Shown here: piece by piece, positions 20,060 to 27,730 of the stretch
How the letters are laid out: every line of letters starts with the position of its first letter
How positions within the stretch are numbered: the first letter of the stretch is position 1
Assembly (NCBI RefSeq): GCF_045310515.1
Contig: NZ_JBJHZX010000011.1
Span: 1-64,000, forward strand
Direction: 5' to 3'
Length of the DNA stretch: 64,000 nucleotides
Source: Candidatus Clostridium eludens
Lineage (GTDB): Bacteria; Bacillota; Clostridia; Clostridiales; Clostridiaceae
Program-made: the position numbers and the translations under genes
Notes under the pieces: model-generated
Database searches by the model: none
Seen by the model: the letters and a program-made list of their open reading frames with translations, nothing else
What the model was told of the DNA's origin: nothing

Positions 20060-20370
20060 CATCAAAGAAAAAATGATGATGGAGACAAGTAAAAAAAATA
20101 TTTCACCAACAGTGAGCTTGGGGATAGTGTGAACCCAGTGGCAGAGTTTTTTTGAATAACACTCCGGAGATGCAAACTGAAATATTTGTAGACTGTACTT
20201 TAAACAAAATGTTTGATACAGGTTCAGTAGATAAAGTAGGGGAGTCGTATTCCATGCGTTATTTGGATACCAGTAGTAGCTGGAAAGAGACCAAATATGG
20301 TAAATTAGGTGGCACCACGGATAAGCGTCAATTCGTCCTATTATTAAGACGAATTGACGCTATTTTTATA
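20060..20370 (+). ncRNA. T-box riboswitch leader of asparagine synthetase
   Basis: T-box-like AAATTAGGTGGCACCACGG at 20302-20320, followed by a perfect terminator gcgtcaattcgtc/gacgaattgacgc plus TATTTTTA. The roughly 330-nt leader is open in the asnB frame, which explains the artificially long ORF-track call. Confidence 0.6.
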
Positions 20371-20388
20371 TCTAAGGAGGAATATAAT

Positions 20389-21978
20389 ATGTGTACAATT
20401 ATGTGTTATACGGGAACAGACATAAAACATGAAAAATTTGTAGGGGCATTGCAGAGAACTGAATCCAGGGGACCAGATATGATGGGGATTCTCACTTTAC
20501 CATCTGGTATTTTGGGGTTCCAAAGACTCTCTATTATGGATTTAAGTTTTAGCGGAATGCAGCCATTTACAAGGAAAATGGATGCCTCCATATGTAACGG
20601 TGAAATTTACGGCTTTCGTGAAATTAAAAAGGAACTAATAGAAAAGGGACATAAGTTTATTTCAGATAGTGATTGTGAAATATTACTTCCTATGTATTAT
20701 GAATATGGACTAGATATGTTTTCAAAATTAGATGCAGAATATGCAGCGATTATCTACGATGGAGAAAAGGACAGTTACATTGCAGCACGGGATCCCATTG
20801 GAATTCGTCCTTTATTCTATGGCTATTCTGGAACAGGTAAAATCATATTTGCAAGTGAGGCAAAAAATTTAATTGGTCTTACAGATAAGATTATAGCGTT
20901 TCCACCAGGACATTATTATGCTGACGGTAAATTCACATGTTATTGTGATATTGCAGCAACAGAGGGTGATTATTGCAAGGACGACTTGAAAGTTATTTGT
21001 AGTGAAATTCATGATAAATTGGTAACTGGTATAGAAAAACGTATGGATGCTGATGCTCCTGTAGGTTTCTTGTTAAGTGGTGGTTTAGACAGCTCATTAG
21101 TATGTGCAGTCGCTCAAAAAATGTATCCTGAAAAACCAATTAGAACATTTTCTATAGGTATGACTGAAGATGCAATTGACTTAAAATACGCACAGGAAGT
21201 TGCAGATTACATTCACAGTGATCATACCGTTGTGTACATGATAAAAGAAGAAGTGCTTGCATCACTTGATGAGGTTGTTAAAATTCTTGGAACATATGAT
21301 ATTACTACAATAAGAGCAAGTATTGGAATGTATTTGATTTGCAAGAAAATACATGAGATTTCTGATATCAGAGTGCTTCTGACTGGTGAAATTTCTGATG
21401 AATTATTTGGCTATAAATATACTGATTTTGCCCCAAGTGCAGAAGAATTTCAAAAGGAATCACAAAAGAGAATACGGGAGCTTTATATGTACGATGTACT
21501 TCGTGCAGACCGCTGCATCAGTTCAAATTCTTTAGAAGCAAGGGTACCATTTGGAGATTTAGATTTTGTAAAGTATGTTATGGCCATCGACCCTGAAAAG
21601 AAACTAAACAAATACAATATGGGTAAATACCTTTTGAGACATTCATTTGAAGGTGATTATCTGCCACGTAATATTTTATATCGTGAAAAAGCAGCATTTA
21701 GTGATGCTGTAGGGCATTCTATGGTAGACTATTTAAAGGAATATGCAGAAACATACTATGGTGATGAAGAATTTGAAAAATCATGTGAAAAGTATAAATA
21801 TCACTCTAAACCATTCACAAAAGAATCATTATTATACAGAGAAATTTTTGAAAAATACTATCCAGGACAAGCGGAAATGATAGTAGGATTCTGGATGCCA
21901 AACAAAGCATGGGAGGGCTGTGACGTAGATGATCCTAGTGCCAGAATATTATCCAATTATGGTGCCAGCGGTAAATAA
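20389..21978 (+). CDS. asnB: asparagine synthetase, glutamine-hydrolysing (class II GATase N-terminal Cys plus PP-loop SGGLDSS)
   Basis: MCTIMCYTG gives a Cys2 nucleophile. LLSGGLDSSLV PP-loop. RBS AAGGAGG before ATG 20389. Confidence 0.85.
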   Translation: MCTIMCYTGTDIKHEKFVGALQRTESRGPDMMGILTLPSGILGFQRLSIMDLSFSGMQPFTRKMDASICNGEIYGFREIKKELIEKGHKFISDSDCEILLPMYYEYGLDMFSKLDAEYAAIIYDGEKDSYIAARDPIGIRPLFYGYSGTGKIIFASEAKNLIGLTDKIIAFPPGHYYADGKFTCYCDIAATEGDYCKDDLKVICSEIHDKLVTGIEKRMDADAPVGFLLSGGLDSSLVCAVAQKMYPEKPIRTFSIGMTEDAIDLKYAQEVADYIHSDHTVVYMIKEEVLASLDEVVKILGTYDITTIRASIGMYLICKKIHEISDIRVLLTGEISDELFGYKYTDFAPSAEEFQKESQKRIRELYMYDVLRADRCISSNSLEARVPFGDLDFVKYVMAIDPEKKLNKYNMGKYLLRHSFEGDYLPRNILYREKAAFSDAVGHSMVDYLKEYAETYYGDEEFEKSCEKYKYHSKPFTKESLLYREIFEKYYPGQAEMIVGFWMPNKAWEGCDVDDPSARILSNYGASGK

Positions 21979-22212
21979 TTAAGAAAATCTAAGTTTATTG
22001 ATACAGCGTTAGTTCAGCAGGAACCAGCAAAATCTTTAATACTACATAGTGATTTAGGATGTTAGTATTATTGTAAACTCTGCTTTTAAGGAATACATAA
22101 ATTTTAGCAAGATAATTATTCATTCCTTCAATTCTAAAAGAGTGTCTATATGATAATGATTGTATTAAATAATTTCATGTCCTATAAAAAATAAAGGACT
22201 TCATCTTGAATA

Positions 22213-22250
22213 CTTCGCAACCCTCTATCATTTTCATAGAGGGTTTTATA
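22213..22250 (+). terminator. intrinsic terminator after asnB
   Basis: aaccctctatc-atttt-catagagggtt followed by TTATATTT. Confidence 0.7.
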
Positions 22251-22289
22251 TTTAGAGCCTACCCTTAACCTATTTTTGCCATATATTAG

Positions 22290-22478
22290 ATTTCTACCAT
22301 CACTACTCTTTCTTACCAAGATGATAAAAAATTTTACGATAGAGCGTCCAGTACAGTTATTCAGGAAATTATAAATAGCAAGTCTACAAGCGTTGATTCA
22401 GTGTCAGGGGCTACTTTCAGCAGAATGGTATTATGGAAGCTGTAGAGAATGCACTGAGTAATGCTAAGCAATAAAAAG
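22290..22478 (+). pseudogene. C-terminal fragment of an FMN-binding-domain protein (frameshifted)
   Basis: DDKKFYDRASSTVIQEIINSKSTSVDSVSGATFS then, after a shift, NGIMEAVENALSNAKQ*. The SGATxSS motif is typical of FMN_bind. Confidence 0.5.
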
Positions 22479-22683
22479 CATATTCAGGTTTGAGATGATA
22501 TTCTTAACCAATTAAAAGGACTTTGCATATATGTAAATTAGACCTGTAACTATTCATTTAAATATAGCTGAAAATTTAAATTGGCAAAAAACAATAAAAC
22601 AGATAAAAAGAAAGTTGTTAGAACAATAGATGAACTCAACTGGTATATAGGCGTATGATTGAATATACAGGAGGAATATAAAA

Positions 22684-23487
22684 ATGGGAAAAAAATTAAT
22701 TTACAAATACAATTTAAAACCAGGAAAGCTAATGAAAAGCGATTTATTGTTTCATAAAGAAGTAAAAAAGACACAACCAGTACCTGCAAGTGCAGATTTG
22801 AGATCAGGATATGGTCCAATAAAAGATCAGGGTGAGTTAGGAGCTTGCACAAGTTTTAGTGCTTGTAGTGTATTAGAATATCTATTAAATAAAGATGTCT
22901 CTTTGTCAGAACTTTATTTTTATTATCAAGAGCGTAAAGAAGATGGAGATGTTAATGAGGATGCAGGGAGTACAATCTCTAGATCTGCTATAGTTGCAAC
23001 TACTATAGGTACTTGTACGGAAACTTTGGATCCTTATGCTATAAGTAACTTTACCAATATTCCTACTCCAATTATGGATGCAGATGCTCCAAAGCACAAA
23101 GCAGTTAAAAGATATGCAGTTATAACTATAGATGATATTTTATATTCAGTAGGTGTATTAAAAAGACCTGTATTAATAGGTATAGATGTATATGAAAGCT
23201 TTGAGAATATAAGTTCTGATGGATATGTACCAATACCTCAACCTGAAGAGCAACTTTTAGGTGGTCATGCTCTTAATATTTGTGGCTACTTCTATAAGAA
23301 TAATAATGTGTTTGAAAAAGTAGAAAATGAATTTGAAAGGATATTTTCTAAGACTAAATACAATGGCTTATATTTTATAGTTAGAAATAGCTGGGGAAAT
23401 ACTTTTGGTGATAAAGGATATATTTATATGCCAGCACAATACTTGCTTAAATATTCATCTGACTGGTGGCATATTGATTTAAAATAA
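22684..23487 (+). CDS. papain-family (C1A) cysteine peptidase with no signal peptide
   Basis: DQGELGACTSFSA (catalytic Cys region), GGHALNICGY (His) and NSWG (Asn) motifs. RBS AGGAGG. Confidence 0.8.
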   Translation: MGKKLIYKYNLKPGKLMKSDLLFHKEVKKTQPVPASADLRSGYGPIKDQGELGACTSFSACSVLEYLLNKDVSLSELYFYYQERKEDGDVNEDAGSTISRSAIVATTIGTCTETLDPYAISNFTNIPTPIMDADAPKHKAVKRYAVITIDDILYSVGVLKRPVLIGIDVYESFENISSDGYVPIPQPEEQLLGGHALNICGYFYKNNNVFEKVENEFERIFSKTKYNGLYFIVRNSWGNTFGDKGYIYMPAQYLLKYSSDWWHIDLK

Positions 23488-23654
23488 AATATAGAAGTTT
23501 TTGAAATAAAAGCCCTGGTTAATTCCAGAGCTTTTATTGAATTATGGTAAAATATAATTAAGTGAGATATTAAAGGATTAATATGGAGATTGATACAAAC
23601 ATTAATATTATAACCAATTCAGAGTATTTTTATATATTCTTTGTAAATATCCAC

Positions 23655-23716
23655 TCAATTACTTGGAGTATTTTTTATGCAAATGCACAAACTTTAGGTG
23701 TAGCAGTAAGGGTTAC
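23655..23716 (+). repeat. orphan copy of the SASP promoter/5'-region (about 85% identical to 40759-40820)
   Basis: caattacttggagtattttttatgcaaatgcacaaactttaggtgtagcagtaagggttac versus caattacctagagtattttttatagaaatacacaaactttaagtgtagcaataaaggttac. No SASP coding sequence follows. Confidence 0.6.
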
Positions 23717-23830
23717 AAAAAATAAGTATATTTATGAAATGGAAAGTATGTTTAAAATGGTAATGAGTTCAATTATAATAATTTTAGGAATAGTATTTGA
23801 TTTATGAGATAATTTACTGGGAGGAGTATT

Positions 23831-24466
23831 ATGAAAATTTATGATATTTTATTTGGTCCAAGACCAAAATCTATTTCAGCAATAATAGAAGAGGGAAATT
23901 TGGATGAACTTAAAATTTTTATAAAAAATGGAGGTGATGTTAATGTAAAATGTGATGATAAGAGCCTGCTTCATTTTGTCATAGATAATTGTGAAAACAA
24001 TTATTTTGAAGTAATAGAACTTTTAATCAATAATGGTGCAGACATCAACAGCCATGAAAGTTATTTAAAAGAAACACCTTTGCATAGAATATGTGCAAGA
24101 ATAAAACCTAAAATTGATGTTGTGCAATTATTATTAGACAGAGGAGCTAAAGTAAATGCTGAAAATATATCAGGTAAAACCCCTATATTTTACTGCAGCT
24201 TTAGTTATTCAGTAGAACTTTTAAACCTTCTTGTTGTTAAATATGGAGCAGATATCAAACACACTGACAAATATAACAATACTCTTTTACATGATGATTA
24301 TTTAAATAATAATACTGAAACTTTTGAAGATTTTTTAAAAGTTCTTATCTCACTTGGTTTTAATATAAACTCAAAAAATAATGCAGGACATACTCCACTG
24401 TATATGTGTAAAAATAAATATATTGAAGGTATATTTATAAAATACGGTGGAAAGATAAGTTTTTGA
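23831..24466 (+). CDS. ankyrin-repeat protein
   Basis: Repeated NGADIN/GAKVN..G.TPL motifs. Confidence 0.7.
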   Translation: MKIYDILFGPRPKSISAIIEEGNLDELKIFIKNGGDVNVKCDDKSLLHFVIDNCENNYFEVIELLINNGADINSHESYLKETPLHRICARIKPKIDVVQLLLDRGAKVNAENISGKTPIFYCSFSYSVELLNLLVVKYGADIKHTDKYNNTLLHDDYLNNNTETFEDFLKVLISLGFNINSKNNAGHTPLYMCKNKYIEGIFIKYGGKISF

Positions 24467-24549
24467 TAAGCTAACTTGGGTTATACCACAACTGCAATTT
24501 TATATTTAAAAGAAGTTCTGAAACAATAAATAAATCCTTATTTTAAAAA

Positions 24550-24987
24550 TTATAGACTCTGATTTATTTTCGTTAATAAATATATTAAAATATCTTTTTC
24601 TTTTGAAGTTAAATTTTTAGTAATACTTTGTTCGGTATCCTCAAATACTGTATTAAAATCTTGTATCAAATCTGCACCTTTTGGCAATACATAAATATTT
24701 TTCTGCCTTTGATTGTTATTTGGAGTTCTTCGTTCAATATATCCTTTTCTCTCCAATCCTTGAAGCATACTAGTAATACTTGCTCCTTTACGCTGAAAAA
24801 CATCTGCAAGATCCTTCTGAATTATTCCATCGTCTTGATGTTCGTAGATGTAACCAATCATACGGCCTTGTTGAGAATTTAGCCCTAATTTATTTATTTT
24901 TTGGTCAGATTTTAATTTTATTTTTACAGCAATAGTTCTTATCAAGTTAGAATAGGTAGTTTTCAAGAAAAAATTAGATTTGTTCAT
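24550..24987 (-). CDS. MarR-family transcriptional regulator
   Basis: Winged-HTH pattern (QGRMIGYI..QKDLADVFQRKGASITSMLQGLERKGYIERR). Confidence 0.8.
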   Translation of the reverse strand: MNKSNFFLKTTYSNLIRTIAVKIKLKSDQKINKLGLNSQQGRMIGYIYEHQDDGIIQKDLADVFQRKGASITSMLQGLERKGYIERRTPNNNQRQKNIYVLPKGADLIQDFNTVFEDTEQSITKNLTSKEKDILIYLLTKINQSL

Positions 24988-25010
24988 TATGAAACCTCCT
25001 GCAATTTATA

Positions 25011-25058
25011 AATTAGAGCTCTAATTATACTATAGTATAATAATTAGAATTCTAATTG
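25011..25058. promoter_or_regulatory. two palindromic operator-like sites (AATTAGAGCTCTAATT and TAATTAGAATTCTAATTG) upstream of marR
   Basis: Perfect or near-perfect 16-18 bp palindromes sharing TAATTAGA half-sites, 25-70 bp upstream of the MarR start. Confidence 0.55.
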
Positions 25059-25173
25059 TCAATGATTATTTTTTAATACATAGTAAATATTTTTCATCAC
25101 ATAAATAAATTGTAAGAATTGATATTGCTCTAATAGTAGTAGTAAAATAATAGATAATAGGAGGAAAAAAATA

Positions 25174-25227
25174 ATGATTGATATAGTACACAAAATTAAT
25201 AACTCCGTCTCCCATTTAGCCCCATAA
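25174..25227 (+). CDS. 17-aa micro-ORF (MIDIVHKINNSVSHLAP) with a consensus Shine-Dalgarno sequence
   Basis: TAGGAGG lies 9 nt before the ATG. Located between marR and the orphan histidine kinase. Confidence 0.35.
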   Translation: MIDIVHKINNSVSHLAP

Positions 25228-25397
25228 ACTTTCTATAATATTCATTTGGAGACTATAAGTAACAATAAATACTAAATTTGTACAAATATTTGGTCAACGA
25301 TTATAGAAATTCTTGTTTGCATATAGTATCATAAAAATAGAATGTTAAAAATCTAACAAGCGTTATAGTAAAATATAATATAATTGGGGGCAATTTT

Positions 25398-27650
25398 ATG
25401 GATGATTTTGAAAGATTTGAAGAAAAAGTATTAAATATAAATTTAAGCCATGCTGTAGAATATGAGAATGCAGACAAGAAAATAGGATTTCAGAACTTTG
25501 TACTAGATGGTATTAACAGAATATTTCGTGAAGTGTTGGAGTGTGATACTGAAGAAGCGTTAGGATGCTTATGTCTTAACATTTTGGAAGAGTTAACCCA
25601 AAGCAAATTTGGTTTTATTGGAGAATTAAGTCCGGAAGGGAAATTGTATGATATTGCTATGAGTAATTTAGGGCGCGATGTATGGAAAATACCAAATTCA
25701 ACAGAAATAGAACTTAGAGAAACGTCAACAGGTTTTAATGTACATGACATATATGAACGAATACTTTTTGATGGTAAGCCATCTATTACTAATGATTCTA
25801 TAATATTATCAAAGGAATATCCTCCTTTGAATGCATTTGTTGGAGTACCATTAAAGGATGGTGTTAAAACTATTGGCATGATTGGTTTAGGCAATCGGGA
25901 GGGTGGATATACAATTAAAGAATTAGAGACCATAGAGATGATTTTACCGGCAATTGTACAAGCTTTTAAATATAAAAAGTCTCAGGAAGCATTAAAACGG
26001 AATGAGCAGCATTATAGAGAGTTATTTAACAATACATCTGAAGGTATATTCCTGCTGGAAGTAACTGAAGAAGACCAGTTCAAACTTGTAGAAATTAACT
26101 TAGTTGAAAAAGAGTTTGTTAAATTAACAAATCATAAAGTAGAAGGAAGAAATATAGATGAAGTTTATTCTAGAGAATTTGTGGAAGTATTAATAGATAA
26201 ACTTAAAATGTGTATAGAAGCAAGGAATTTGATAGAATTTAAGGAGTGCCAAAAACATAAGTCTGAAGTAGTTTATTTTTCTATTAAGTTAATACCCGTA
26301 GAGGATACTACAGGTAGAATATATAGAATTTTGGGCATAAGAAATAACATTACTGAACAAGTTGAAAAAGACAAAATAATAAAGATGCACAGACATCAGT
26401 TGGAGGTCATAATTGAAAATATGCCTGATGCCTTTCTTGTTTATAATAAAGAAGGCCATATTACACTATTAAATGCTGAGGCACGTAAACTATATCCTGA
26501 ATTAAATGCTAAAAAGACAATAGAAGAAGCCCAGAGCTGTTTCAAATATTTTGACTTAGATAATAAAATCATACCTCCAGAGAGCTTTCTAACAAGACGA
26601 GCCTTCAGAGGTGAAGAAGTAAGAGACGAAAGAATAGTTGTAAAGCGACCCCATAAGATTCAAATTACAGAAGTCAACACTACCCCTATTTTTGATGAAG
26701 AACACAATTTGGTTTCTGTAGTGGTGTCTCATCGTGATATTTCAGATGTTATAAAGAGTCAGGAAGAAATTAAGGTTCAACAAGAAAAACTATTGAATGC
26801 AGAGAGAGCTAAGAATGAAGCTCTTGAAGAATCAATAAAGTTAAAAGACGAATTTTTCTATCTTATCACTCATGAGTTCAAAACGCCTATATCAGTTATA
26901 AATTTAGCCTTACAAGCAATTAATTTGATGTATAAAGAAGAAATAACTGAAAAGGCAGGTAAATATTTAAATACTATTAAGCAAAACATTAATAGGCAGC
27001 TTCGTTTGGTTAATAATTTACTTGATATTGCTCGCATTAATTCAGGCCATTTAAAGATGAATAAAAATTTTTTTGACATTGCGAATGCTGTTGAAACAAT
27101 TGTAAATTCAGTGGAGGTATATGCAGAGCAAAAAAATGTGACATTGAAATTGAATACTAATTTATCAGCCAATACTATTTATTCTGATGAAGAGAAGCTG
27201 GAGCGTATACTACTTAATTTATTGTCTAATGCTTTAAAGTTTACTCCAGGTGGAAAATCAATTACCATAAGCCTCTCTACAAAGAAATATAAAAATGCAG
27301 ATATGATTTCTGTAAGTGTACAAGATGAGGGCTTGGGAATACCGCGGGATAAACAAAAAACTATTTTTCAACGTTTTGGACAGGTAGATAGTAGCTTGTC
27401 ACGCCAAGCTGAAGGTACTGGGTTAGGATTACATCTCGTTAACCTTCTTGTTAACCTTCTTGGTGGTGAAATATTATTAGACAGTGTGGTAGATAAAGGC
27501 AGCACTTTTACAGTACTGCTTCCTGCAAGTGAGTCTGAGATTTATTATGAAGAGTCGGCATGCAGTAAAATCAATAACAATTTTCTTAGTGATGATGATC
27601 GAATTATTCAATCTGCCGCAATTGAATTTTCAGATATGCATTTTCAGTAA
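25398..27650 (+). CDS. soluble multi-sensor (GAF plus PAS) orphan histidine kinase
   Basis: HEFKTPIS H-box. HATPase_c with G boxes (GTGLGLHLV). No TM segments and no adjacent response regulator. Confidence 0.8.
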   Translation: MDDFERFEEKVLNINLSHAVEYENADKKIGFQNFVLDGINRIFREVLECDTEEALGCLCLNILEELTQSKFGFIGELSPEGKLYDIAMSNLGRDVWKIPNSTEIELRETSTGFNVHDIYERILFDGKPSITNDSIILSKEYPPLNAFVGVPLKDGVKTIGMIGLGNREGGYTIKELETIEMILPAIVQAFKYKKSQEALKRNEQHYRELFNNTSEGIFLLEVTEEDQFKLVEINLVEKEFVKLTNHKVEGRNIDEVYSREFVEVLIDKLKMCIEARNLIEFKECQKHKSEVVYFSIKLIPVEDTTGRIYRILGIRNNITEQVEKDKIIKMHRHQLEVIIENMPDAFLVYNKEGHITLLNAEARKLYPELNAKKTIEEAQSCFKYFDLDNKIIPPESFLTRRAFRGEEVRDERIVVKRPHKIQITEVNTTPIFDEEHNLVSVVVSHRDISDVIKSQEEIKVQQEKLLNAERAKNEALEESIKLKDEFFYLITHEFKTPISVINLALQAINLMYKEEITEKAGKYLNTIKQNINRQLRLVNNLLDIARINSGHLKMNKNFFDIANAVETIVNSVEVYAEQKNVTLKLNTNLSANTIYSDEEKLERILLNLLSNALKFTPGGKSITISLSTKKYKNADMISVSVQDEGLGIPRDKQKTIFQRFGQVDSSLSRQAEGTGLGLHLVNLLVNLLGGEILLDSVVDKGSTFTVLLPASESEIYYEESACSKINNNFLSDDDRIIQSAAIEFSDMHFQ

Positions 27651-27730
27651 AGTAAAAGACTGTAGTGAATTTCTCAAGTAATGTTAAAGGTTTATTATTC
27701 CATAATAACAAAATTTAGGAGGTATATTAA

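Noticed and set aside
20152-20388. N-terminal 79-codon extension of asnB in the ORF track
   Set aside because: The region contains a promoter, a T-box motif and a terminator. The real start is MCTIMC at 20389, with a strong RBS and a Cys2 nucleophile.
23583-23807. 74-aa ORF
   Set aside because: It overlaps the duplicated SASP promoter sequence. It has no RBS and a hydrophobic, low-complexity product. Probably non-coding.
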